From sequence record SRR31156797_7944: 64,000 bases of DNA; one strand, written 5' to 3'. Position 1 is the stretch's first letter. Each line of letters starts with the position of its first letter. Under the pieces are notes generated by a model. The model saw only the letters and a program-made list of their open reading frames with translations. It searched no databases and was not told where the DNA came from. Both the position numbers and the translations under genes were made by a program. Shown here piece after piece: positions 55,487 to 64,000 of the stretch.

Positions 55487-56386
55487 TCAGAGCTGGGAAA
55501 TCAGAAAATCCCTACTGGCTTTGATGTCCTTCAGAGCTCCGCCCGCGTCCCTGGGATCCCGCTCCTGCTCCACCGTGACCCATCCCGAATACGCCAGTTC
55601 GTCAAGGGTTTTCAAGACCCCGCCGTAGTCGACACAACCCTTCCCGATGGAACACATCACCCCCTTCCCGCAGGCATCGAAGAATCCCAGGCTGTCGGCG
55701 ATAGCCGCTCCGTAGACCTCCGGATTGATATCCTTGAAGTGCACGTAATCCAGCCTTTCCGCATATTTTCTGAGCGATTGCACGGGATCGTCACAGGCAT
55801 AATAGAGGTGGCCCGTATCCAGGCAGAGCCCGGCGGCCTCTGGGGAAATATCGTGAACGACCCGCTCTATTTCATCATCAAATTCTATATAACCTCCCGC
55901 ATGGGGATGAATTACAGGACGAACGCCAAATTCGACCGAGGCTATTTTCGAGATGATTTTTATATGCTCCATCATCCTTTCCCAATCCCCGGCTTCCAGA
56001 CGCGGCGCCGATTCGGGGTGCCCGGCCGTGTTGTTCCTGTCCGCCTTGACCGCATCGATGACGACCAGGTAACAGGGCGCCCCCTTTTCAGCGCTGCGGG
56101 ATACGAGGGAACAGATCTTTCTGGTCTTGTCCGCCAGCATGGTCCTGTCCGCCGAGGGGCTCAGGTCATCGTAGATCGTGCCGGCGATCAGCTGCAGACG
56201 CTTTGCGTGGAGCAGCTCCTTCAGATGCTCCGGTTCGGTGGGGAGGTAGCCGTATGGTCCCAGTTCAATGGCCCGGAATCCGCTCTCCCCCGCCTCATCC
56301 AGGACGGTCCTCCAGGACGGATTATCGGGATTTCCCGGATCTTCGATCCCCCAGGAACAGGGGGCGACGGCAAAGTTAAAATCCAT
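55487..56386 (-). CDS. IolE/MocC-like TIM barrel protein
   Basis: 'APCSWG', 'ELGPYGY', 'HPHAG', 'DTGH', 'HFKD', 'EQERDP' motifs. Confidence 0.8.
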   Translation of the reverse strand: MDFNFAVAPCSWGIEDPGNPDNPSWRTVLDEAGESGFRAIELGPYGYLPTEPEHLKELLHAKRLQLIAGTIYDDLSPSADRTMLADKTRKICSLVSRSAEKGAPCYLVVIDAVKADRNNTAGHPESAPRLEAGDWERMMEHIKIISKIASVEFGVRPVIHPHAGGYIEFDDEIERVVHDISPEAAGLCLDTGHLYYACDDPVQSLRKYAERLDYVHFKDINPEVYGAAIADSLGFFDACGKGVMCSIGKGCVDYGGVLKTLDELAYSGWVTVEQERDPRDAGGALKDIKASRDFLISQL

Positions 56387-56528
56387 TATATCGCTCCTTT
56401 TTTACTCAAACGCTTGCTTTATTATGCATCAACTTCTAACATAAGGAAAGAGAAGCTTTTCCATTCCCGATAACAGCCCGGAGAACTTGCTTTACATATC
56501 TATGAAAAAAATGGAGAATCATATAGTT

Positions 56529-57536
56529 ATGAAGGTGACCATCAAAGACATAGCCCATAAGCTGGATCTCAATTTCTCTTCCGTCTCCAGAGCCCTGAAC
56601 AATAAGCCGGGAGTCAGCGAGGAAACCCGGCGGCTGGTGATAGAAACGGCCAGGAAGATGGGCTACCGCCCCAATGTCATAGCCCGGGGACTGGTAAAGA
56701 ACGAAACGAAGACCCTGGGCATCCTGATGCCGGATATCGTCAACCCCCTTTTCGGAGAGATTACGACGGCCATAATAGAAACCGCCAACGAACAGGATTA
56801 CGATGTGTTCCTCTGTATCTCCAACTGGAGCAAGCTGAAGGAAACCGACAACATCAACGCCATCCAGCAGAAGCAGGTCGACGGCATCATCATAAAGTCC
56901 GTGAGCGACGACAACACCAAGCTTCTGGAACAGACGAACATCCCCGTCATCGGCTATGAAACCTGGAGCAGGAACCATAACTTCAGTTCCGTCAGCACCG
57001 ACAACGAAAGGGGGGGGTATATCGCCGCCCGGCACCTGATAGACTGCGGTTACGAAAAAACGGCCATCCTCCACGGGCCTCTCAACTCCACCGCCGGTCT
57101 CCACCGGCGAAACGGATTCCTTCGGGCTTACGATGAATGCTCGAAAGCCTTTGACGATTCGCTGCTCTATATAGGCGAATACAATATAAAAAGCGGCTAT
57201 CAGATGGCCTGCAGGCTCTTTGAAGAACACAGCCATGTGGATTCCATCTTTGCGGGCAACGATGTCATCGCCCTGGGCGTCCTCCAGTGCCTGGAGGAGA
57301 GGGGGATCAAGGCGGGAAGAGAGTTCGGCCTGATCGGTTTTGACAACATCAGCTTCTCCCACCTTCCCCAGATCCAGCTCACCACGATCAAGCAGCCCAA
57401 GTACAGCATCGGCAAGATCATGACCAAGATGGTCCTGGACGAAATAAAGAGCCGCGGCAAAGGGGAGAAGGTCCCCCCCCAGCGCATCCTCCTTCAGCCC
57501 GAACTCATCGTCCGGGAAACAACAGCCAAAAGATAA
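56529..57536 (+). CDS. LacI family transcriptional regulator
   Basis: 'TIKDIA...SVSRALN', 'YRPN..AR', 'IGFDN', 'LTTIKQP' motifs. Confidence 0.92.
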   Translation: MKVTIKDIAHKLDLNFSSVSRALNNKPGVSEETRRLVIETARKMGYRPNVIARGLVKNETKTLGILMPDIVNPLFGEITTAIIETANEQDYDVFLCISNWSKLKETDNINAIQQKQVDGIIIKSVSDDNTKLLEQTNIPVIGYETWSRNHNFSSVSTDNERGGYIAARHLIDCGYEKTAILHGPLNSTAGLHRRNGFLRAYDECSKAFDDSLLYIGEYNIKSGYQMACRLFEEHSHVDSIFAGNDVIALGVLQCLEERGIKAGREFGLIGFDNISFSHLPQIQLTTIKQPKYSIGKIMTKMVLDEIKSRGKGEKVPPQRILLQPELIVRETTAKR

Positions 57537-57597
57537 CCCTCCCCTTAAAGCCGGCGCCCCCTCCGGGAAGGAGATCAGAGGAGAGGCCGCCGGACGA

Positions 57598-58563
57598 TTA
57601 GAGATTCGCCTCTGCAACAGACGCCAAGTGGGGTGCGGTCAGTCCATTCTTATCTATGATAAAGGCATGATCGCCCAGAGGCTGGAATTTATCCCCCAGA
57701 CTGACAATGATCTGTCTGGGTGTGTTCTCGCATCCGGCCTTGTACTCCGCGACGGCGGCGCCCAGGCCTCCGACGGAGCTGTGCTCCTCAACCGTCAGGA
57801 TCAGACGGTTTTCCGCAAAGACCGAATCCAGGATATCCGTATCCAGGGGCTTGACCGTATGCATGTCGATCACCCTGGCGGAGATCCCTTTCCCATTGAG
57901 AAGATCCGCCGCTCCCACGGCCTCGGCCAGCATGGAACCGCTCGAGATAATGGCCACGTCCTTTCCGGGACGATACTCGACGGCCCTGCCGATCTGAAAA
58001 TCGAAGTCTTCGGAATAGAGAACCGGATACCCCGGTCCGCCGGTCAGCCGGATATACACCGGCCCCTGATGCTCAGCCGCGGCGTACAGGGCCTTGTAGA
58101 GCTGCAGGGGATCGGAGGGGGCCATAACCGTGAAGTTGGGGATGGCCCGGGCCACCGCCATATCGTCCATGGCGTAATGGGTGTTTCCCAGAGGTCCGAA
58201 GCGTACCCCCGCTTCGATGCTGACCACCTTGGCGTTCAGATTCATATATCCCATATTGACCCTCATCTGCTCGGCGCAGCGCATGGGCACGATGGCGGCC
58301 AGGCCCACCGCAAAGGGCAGGACCCCTTCCGCCGCCAGGCCCGCCGAAAAGTTGATCAGGTTCTGTTCGGCGATTCCCACATCAAAGAATCTGTCGGGAT
58401 AGCTGTCCCGGAAGGCCGTCAGACGGGCCGTGGGGGTCAGGTCTGCCGTTACGGTGCACATCTCGGGATAGTCTTCGGCCATCATAACCAGGGTGTCCCC
58501 CATAACCGTTCGATGTCCGGCCTTGGACCATTCCCGAAGTTTATCTAAAGGCAATTTGCTCAT
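57598..58563 (-). CDS. Transketolase C-terminal subunit
   Basis: 'DVGIAEQN', 'G.TH', 'GPVYIRL', 'TVKPLD', 'VEEH' motifs. Confidence 0.88.
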   Translation of the reverse strand: MSKLPLDKLREWSKAGHRTVMGDTLVMMAEDYPEMCTVTADLTPTARLTAFRDSYPDRFFDVGIAEQNLINFSAGLAAEGVLPFAVGLAAIVPMRCAEQMRVNMGYMNLNAKVVSIEAGVRFGPLGNTHYAMDDMAVARAIPNFTVMAPSDPLQLYKALYAAAEHQGPVYIRLTGGPGYPVLYSEDFDFQIGRAVEYRPGKDVAIISSGSMLAEAVGAADLLNGKGISARVIDMHTVKPLDTDILDSVFAENRLILTVEEHSSVGGLGAAVAEYKAGCENTPRQIIVSLGDKFQPLGDHAFIIDKNGLTAPHLASVAEANL

Positions 58564-58606
58564 GGTATATCTCCTCTCTCGCTCAGGGCTTTGCTCAAGC
58601 CGCTTC

Positions 58607-59440
58607 TTATTTTTCCAGATCCGAAACGGCCTGCTTGTAGTGTTCCTCGTCCATGGGCCTGGCATGCCAGCTGAGGCTGCCCTCCATAAAGGAAACGCCC
58701 TTGCCCTTGACGGTATCGGCAATGATGACGTGGGGCTTGCCGCTTTGGGAGTCTCTCATCTTCTCCAGGGCGGCGATCACGGTCTCCAGGTCATTCCCTT
58801 CTTCGATGACCATGACCTCCCAGCCCACGGCCTTCCAGAGGGAGACGAGGTCCACATCCATGATGTCGCTGGTCTTGCCGGCCAGCTGAACGCCGTTCCG
58901 GTCGACGATGGCCACAAGGTTGTCCAGTTTGTTCTTGGCGGCGTTCATGGCCCCTTCCCAGACGCTGCCCTCATTGCACTCGCCGTCTCCCATCAGGCAG
59001 TACACCCTGTGATCCTTCTTCTGAATCTTGGCGGCCTTGGCCATGCCGCAGGCCACGGGGAATCCGTTGCCCAGGCTTCCGGAGGAGACCTCTATCCCGT
59101 ATTTCTGATTCCGGCTGGGGTGGCCCGACAGGAAGCTGTTGTCACCCTTGAAGCTGTACATCTGCTCCCGCGTGATGTAACCGGTCTCGACCAGGGCGGC
59201 ATAGTAGCAGAGGCAGGCATGGCCCTTGCTCTGAACGAAGCGGTCCCTGCGGGGCATCACCGGATCCTTCGGATCATGATTCATGATCCTGAAGAAAAGG
59301 CCGGCCACGATCTCGATGCTGGACATGGCGGGTCCGAAATGCGCCCCCCTTCCGCCGGCGGCGTAGCCCATCTCAATAACATCGCGCCGCATCTCCAGCG
59401 CCTTCTGCTCGATCATGTCGATCGTATAGTTCTCCTGCAT
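58607..59440 (-). CDS. Transketolase N-terminal subunit
   Basis: 'RDRFVQSKGH', 'GSLGNG', 'GDGECNEG..WE' ThDP motif. Confidence 0.9.
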   Translation of the reverse strand: MQENYTIDMIEQKALEMRRDVIEMGYAAGGRGAHFGPAMSSIEIVAGLFFRIMNHDPKDPVMPRRDRFVQSKGHACLCYYAALVETGYITREQMYSFKGDNSFLSGHPSRNQKYGIEVSSGSLGNGFPVACGMAKAAKIQKKDHRVYCLMGDGECNEGSVWEGAMNAAKNKLDNLVAIVDRNGVQLAGKTSDIMDVDLVSLWKAVGWEVMVIEEGNDLETVIAALEKMRDSQSGKPHVIIADTVKGKGVSFMEGSLSWHARPMDEEHYKQAVSDLEK

Positions 59441-59447
59441 ATCCTTC

Positions 59448-60335
59448 CTACTCCTTATTAATCGTATAAAGATGGCCGCTGTACTGCCCGCCGGGAACGG
59501 CAGCCGCTTCGTACCTCGCCAGATCTATCATCTTCTGAACATCCAGGTTCAGCTCATAACCCATCTCTTCCAGCATGTAGGCCAGATCCTCGGTGGCCAG
59601 GTTTCCCGATGCTCCGGGAGCAAAGGGACAGCCCCCCAGCCCGCCCAGGGTGGACTGTACCTTACAGACGCCCTTCTCAATGGCCGCCAGGGTATTGACC
59701 ATGCCCATGCCCCTTGTGTCGTGGACATGAACCATCAGCTCCAGATCCGGATAGGCGTCGCCGACGGCATCTATGGTCTGCCTGACCTGGGACGGGTTGG
59801 CCATGCCCACCGTGTCGCAGAGATTGACGGTCCTGATCCCGCACTCCGCATAGGGCTTTAGAAAGGGGATCACATCGCGGGCGTGCTTCATGCCTTCAAA
59901 GGGACAGCCGAAGGCGGTGGCCAGATCCAGGCAGACAGCCATCCCGGGATAGGCCTCCCGTATCTTCCGCAGCTCCTCAAGGGACTCCTCATGGCTCCGC
60001 CTGATATTGGCCCGGTTATGGCTCAGGCTGAGGGAGACCACATAGGAGATCGACCCGATCCCCGCCTCCCGGGCGTTCTGAGCGCCCCTGAGATTGGGGA
60101 CCAGGGCAAACAGATCGGCGTCCGGATAGCGCCTCACGCATGTCTCGGCCAGTTCCCGGGCGTCCCTCATCTGGGGGATCGCCTTGGGGCTGACGAAGGA
60201 GGTGATCTGCACATGCTCCATACCGGCATCCATCAGTCCGTCGATGATCCTCAGCTTCGTATCCAGGGGAATATACTCTTTCACATTCTGGAACCCGTCC
60301 CGGGGTCCGACCTCATAGATCTCTATCTTTTTCAT
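59448..60335 (-). CDS. HMG-CoA lyase family protein
   Basis: 'EVGPRDGFQ', 'HVHDTRG', 'GLGGCPFAPGASGN' motifs. Confidence 0.88.
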   Translation of the reverse strand: MKKIEIYEVGPRDGFQNVKEYIPLDTKLRIIDGLMDAGMEHVQITSFVSPKAIPQMRDARELAETCVRRYPDADLFALVPNLRGAQNAREAGIGSISYVVSLSLSHNRANIRRSHEESLEELRKIREAYPGMAVCLDLATAFGCPFEGMKHARDVIPFLKPYAECGIRTVNLCDTVGMANPSQVRQTIDAVGDAYPDLELMVHVHDTRGMGMVNTLAAIEKGVCKVQSTLGGLGGCPFAPGASGNLATEDLAYMLEEMGYELNLDVQKMIDLARYEAAAVPGGQYSGHLYTINKE

Positions 60336-61798
60336 GTGTCACTCTCCAGCATGGTCCCCTCTTCCCTGAGTCGTCTGTACCAGTCGAAGGCCGGGACGGG
60401 AAGCTGGGGATGATGTCCTCCGCACTGTGACCTGGCCTTTTCCAGATAGCTCCGCAGCTGCTTTTTATAGCTTTCGGAGGCACAGTTTTCGATGATCGCC
60501 TCGGCGCGCTCCAGCTCATCCAGGCCCCTAAGATCGGCCACGCCGTTTTCGGTGACTGCCACATCGATATCGTGTTCCGAGATATCCACGTGGGAGACCA
60601 TGGGGACGATCCCCGAGATGGCCCCGCCCTTGGCGGAGGATGGGAGAAGCATGACCGAAAGCCCCGCGTTATGGGCGAAGCCCGCGCCTCCGCCAATGCC
60701 GTTGACTACCCGGCTGCCCCCTATATGGCTGGCGTTCACATTCCCGTAGATGTCCATCTCGATACCCGAGTTCAGGGCGATCACGCCCAGACGGCCGACG
60801 ACCTCGGGGCTGTTGGTGATATCCCCATTGCGAATGACTATCTTCCTCCGAAGTTCCGCGCCGCTTTCAAGGATCTCCACCGCCCGGTCGCTCATCCCGA
60901 TGCCGCCGGTGGATACGGCGGCCGCCCTGCCCGAGGCCAGAAGCTCCAGGACCGGCTCTGTCACTCCCCCGCAGAAGAACTGCAGATCTCCGAAACCGGA
61001 ACGGGCGAAGCCGTCGGCCAGAGAGTCGGCCAGGGCCCCGAATCCGAGCTGCACGGGAGGAAGGGCGGCCCCTCTGCCGTACTCCTTCTCCAGAAAACCG
61101 AAGAGCCGGGAGGCTATGCTGTCCGTAAGCTCCGTGCCCCTGGGCCGGGCCCCCATCCTTTCGGGGAGGGAGGTTTCCACGATACAGCGGATCTTCCCCG
61201 CATCAACGGGAACCGAGCCGCCCCCTATCCTCTGATCCGTTTTGACCAGGGGGATGGGCTGTGTATGGGGAGGGTCAGCGGGCACATGGATATCATGGAG
61301 TTCCCTCAGAAGCTCGGGCTGGGCGGAGTTGATCTCGACGATGACCTCTTTCGCCGCATCCAGCAGGTAGTGGACCATACCGACCGAGCTCGTAGGGATC
61401 AGCCGTCCCTGGTCGTCGAAGCCCAGGGCCTCCACAACCGCCACATCTATCTCGCCGAAGCTTCCGTTCTTCAGAAGGCGGGGCATCTTGCACATCTGCT
61501 GCTCCACATAGCGCAGCTCCCCCCTGTTGGCCTGAGCCGACAGGGTTCTGCCGGCCACCATGGGAGCCCGCCGGGCCACGATCCCCTCCGTTCCCAGCAG
61601 CTCATCCAGCCAGGGGACATTCGCCCCTGTCAGCAGATTCAGAGAGAGGCTCTCGCCCGCCTGCTTCCGCTTAACCAGTTCTCCCGGAACGGCCTTGGGG
61701 TAGCCCGCCATGGCCCATCCGCTCATGGCGACGGTCATGCCGTCCCTGATAAGATAGGCAGCCTCGGAGGCGGAAACCTTCAGCTTATTCATATCCAT
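60332..61798 (-). CDS. Acetyl-CoA hydrolase/CoA-transferase family protein
   Basis: 'GYPKAVP', 'EMDIYGNVN', 'NGIGG', 'VTENGVADLRGL' motifs. Confidence 0.85.
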   Translation of the reverse strand: MDMNKLKVSASEAAYLIRDGMTVAMSGWAMAGYPKAVPGELVKRKQAGESLSLNLLTGANVPWLDELLGTEGIVARRAPMVAGRTLSAQANRGELRYVEQQMCKMPRLLKNGSFGEIDVAVVEALGFDDQGRLIPTSSVGMVHYLLDAAKEVIVEINSAQPELLRELHDIHVPADPPHTQPIPLVKTDQRIGGGSVPVDAGKIRCIVETSLPERMGARPRGTELTDSIASRLFGFLEKEYGRGAALPPVQLGFGALADSLADGFARSGFGDLQFFCGGVTEPVLELLASGRAAAVSTGGIGMSDRAVEILESGAELRRKIVIRNGDITNSPEVVGRLGVIALNSGIEMDIYGNVNASHIGGSRVVNGIGGGAGFAHNAGLSVMLLPSSAKGGAISGIVPMVSHVDISEHDIDVAVTENGVADLRGLDELERAEAIIENCASESYKKQLRSYLEKARSQCGGHHPQLPVPAFDWYRRLREEGTMLESDT

Positions 61799-61815
61799 GA
61801 ACTTAAAAACTCCCT

Positions 61816-63231
61816 TCAGCCCTTGGGGGTGAAACCGGCGAAGAGCTCTTCGTCCGAGGGCTGGCGGCTGGGGATCTCGCGGATGACCCAGGTATTGTTC
61901 ATATAGTGTTTCAGTTCGATATTCTCGGAGGCGATATTGCCGCCCCATGTTCCGCATCCCAGGGAGCTGGTAAAGGGCATACCGCTCGTCCAGCTTCCCG
62001 TGTTGGTAGCGCCCTGGGCCTGATTGACCACGACCCTGGTGGTATAGGTTCCCAGGGCGTACTTGTCGACGTTTCCGGGGGTTCCGGAGTAGATGCCGAT
62101 GGAATGGCCGGCGCCGGAGTAGGCGTGGTTCTCGTTGGCGATGCGGATGACCTCATCGATGCCATCGCTCTTGTAAACGGTGGATACGAGGCTCATCTTC
62201 TCGCCGGCGAAGGGCGTGGCCTCCCCGGTCTTGTCCTCTTCCACCAGAAGGAAGCTGGTTCCCTCGGGGATCTTTATCCCGGCTATCCTCGCGATGTTCT
62301 CCACAGGAGAGGCGACGATGTCACGGTTGAGAACATGGTCAGCGGGCCAGTTGGGCCAGATCGCCTTCTGCACCCTTGCCTTCTCATCGGCATCCAGCAT
62401 ATGGGCGCCCACCTTCGCCAGTTCGGCCAGGGCGTCGCCGTAGACGCCCTTGTCTATGATGATGCTGTTATCGCAGGAACAGCCCGCGGCGGTGTCGAAG
62501 GTCTTGCTGGCCTTGATCTTGACGGCCGCGTCTGCCAGATCGGCGGTCTTGTCGATGTGGATCATCGAATTGCCCGCTCCCACGCCGTAGGCGGGGGTTC
62601 CGGAGCTGTAGGCGGCCTTGACCATGGGAGATCCTCCGGTGGCCATCACCAGATCGCACTGGGCCATGAGTTCGTTGGTCAGGGGGATGGAAGGCTCCTC
62701 AATGGGGATGAACAGATCCTCGGGGGCCCCGTACTTCCTCATAACGTCCCGGATCAGGTTGACCGTCTTCGCACAGGTGTTCTTGCCACGGGGATGGGGG
62801 GAATAGATGATGGCGTCCCGGGCCTTTACGGCGAAGATGGCCTGGATAAGGGGATGCATCTCGGACTGGGTGCTGGGCACCAGAGAGCCGATGACGCCGA
62901 CGGGCTTCGATATGCGAACCAGCCCTCTCTCGGGTATCTCCTCGCAGATCCCCACGGTCTTCACGTCCTTCACATCAAAGAGTACGCCCCGGCACTTGGC
63001 GGCGACCTTTATAAACTTGGAGGGAACGTCTCCCAGACGGCATTCATCGTAGGAGAACTCCGCCAGTTCCTGTACCAGCTCGTCATTGGCGACGATCTCC
63101 CAGACAATGGCGTAGGCCAGCTCGTCCACCCTCTCCTGGCTGAAGCCCTCCGCTATCTTCTGAGCCCTGCGAGCCCTGCCCATCAATTCGGTAATATATG
63201 CTGCTGCCTTCTGCGGATCTTTCATCATCAT
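61816..63231 (-). CDS. CoA-acylating aldehyde dehydrogenase (SauS/EutE-like)
   Basis: 'KPVGVI...PST', 'ATGG', 'GVGAGN', 'SKTFD...C', 'GEK', 'GCGTWGGN' motifs. Confidence 0.85.
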   Translation of the reverse strand: MMMKDPQKAAAYITELMGRARRAQKIAEGFSQERVDELAYAIVWEIVANDELVQELAEFSYDECRLGDVPSKFIKVAAKCRGVLFDVKDVKTVGICEEIPERGLVRISKPVGVIGSLVPSTQSEMHPLIQAIFAVKARDAIIYSPHPRGKNTCAKTVNLIRDVMRKYGAPEDLFIPIEEPSIPLTNELMAQCDLVMATGGSPMVKAAYSSGTPAYGVGAGNSMIHIDKTADLADAAVKIKASKTFDTAAGCSCDNSIIIDKGVYGDALAELAKVGAHMLDADEKARVQKAIWPNWPADHVLNRDIVASPVENIARIAGIKIPEGTSFLLVEEDKTGEATPFAGEKMSLVSTVYKSDGIDEVIRIANENHAYSGAGHSIGIYSGTPGNVDKYALGTYTTRVVVNQAQGATNTGSWTSGMPFTSSLGCGTWGGNIASENIELKHYMNNTWVIREIPSRQPSDEELFAGFTPKG

Positions 63232-63247
63232 GTCCTCCGGAACTTAT

Positions 63248-63265
63248 AAAGCATACGTTTGCTTT
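63248..63265. promoter_or_regulatory. LacI-type operator upstream of the aldehyde dehydrogenase operon
   Basis: Near-perfect palindrome AAAGCATACGTTTGCTTT. Confidence 0.6.
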
Positions 63266-63393
63266 TCGATAGAAACATACTATACCCTTTCTATCGCAAC
63301 TGTAAAGTTTCGTTTGGGTTTCGTTTGAAATTTATTTTATTCTGATCTAAGATAAGCATGCCTATAGCAAAATTGATAACGAAAGGAAAAAAG

Positions 63394-64000
63394 ATGTCCG
63401 ACAGTCCTATTGAGATAACAAGGAAACTCCTGATTCAGAACGGCAAGGTGTATGTCAACGACCTGAGCCGCCGTTTCGGCGTCAGCAAGGTTTCGGCAAG
63501 GAAGTATCTGGCCAGACTGGAGGACGAAGGGATAGCCCAGAGGTTCTACGGAGGGGCGTCCCTGCTGAAGAAGGAGAAGCCCGATCAGGGGGACGGCGGT
63601 TTCTATTCGGATCCCCTCCTCCTGTCCCTGGCGCGGACGGCCCGCGGGCAGATCGAGGACGGGGACTCCCTCTTCATCGGCTCGGGAAGGAGCTGCTGCG
63701 TTCTGGCCAGGGAGCTGAAGGGCATCAAAAACCTGACGGTGGTCACAAACAACATAACGGCCCTGACCGATCTGAACAGAAACGCCACCCGGGTCTTCCT
63801 GATCGGCGGCGAGCTGACGACCACGGACAACAGCACCCTCTTCTCAAGCTGGGAGTCACACCAGCTTATGCCGGAGAACATCTTCGTCAACAAGGCCTTC
63901 ACAAGCACATCCGGACTGGACCTGAAGGCGGGGATCACCGTGGACTCGATCATCAGCACCTATATCTTCAAGCACATCCCTGAGATGGCCCAGCAGTGGT
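63394..64000 (+). CDS. DeoR/GlpR family regulator, 3'-truncated by the window edge (not in the ORF track)
   Basis: MSDSPIEITRKLLIQNGKVYVNDLSRRFGVSKVSARKYLARLE..G...RFYGGA; 'FIGSG', 'VVTNN', 'IGG' motifs. Confidence 0.85.
   Translation, partial: MSDSPIEITRKLLIQNGKVYVNDLSRRFGVSKVSARKYLARLEDEGIAQRFYGGASLLKKEKPDQGDGGFYSDPLLLSLARTARGQIEDGDSLFIGSGRSCCVLARELKGIKNLTVVTNNITALTDLNRNATRVFLIGGELTTTDNSTLFSSWESHQLMPENIFVNKAFTSTSGLDLKAGITVDSIISTYIFKHIPEMAQQW

Noticed and set aside
57598-63231. Firm assignment as the sulfoquinovose transketolase pathway
   Set aside because: No sulfoquinovosidase, isomerase or sulfonate exporter is visible in the window, and the HMG-CoA-lyase-like gene does not fit

Overview
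The window is bacterial chromosome, probably from a free-living spirochaete (inferred from the 'VFAEGQ'-type signal peptide of the sugar-binding protein and the style of the phage tail genes). It carries an apparently complete 35.6-kb transposable (Mu/B3-like) myovirus prophage at 1633-37248, with TGTAG...CTACA ends and an exact 6-bp target duplication, CCTAGG. The prophage sits between tctB and tctA of a tripartite tricarboxylate transporter/sulfatase operon. Its layout is unusual: the repressor and transposition genes lie in the middle, and the late genes are split into two blocks that share one promoter motif. Phage highlights are (1) a terminal mom-position cassette with a structured leader, a small protein, an ABC-ATPase/GNAT fusion and a stand-alone formyltransferase, a candidate new DNA modification system; (2) a circularly permuted M23 endolysin; (3) an AT-rich DUF2971 / STAS-HATPase / STAS / membrane-protein moron block; (4) a leaderless antisense membrane moron beside the tape measure gene; and (5) several candidate structured or antisense RNAs. 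Right of the phage are tctA, a sulfatase, a myo-inositol catabolic cluster with an ABC transporter, and an unusual operon encoding a split transketolase, an HMG-CoA-lyase-like enzyme, a CoA-transferase and an acylating aldehyde dehydrogenase. That operon shares a LacI-type operator with the inositol genes. All family assignments come from motifs recognised by eye; no database searches were run.
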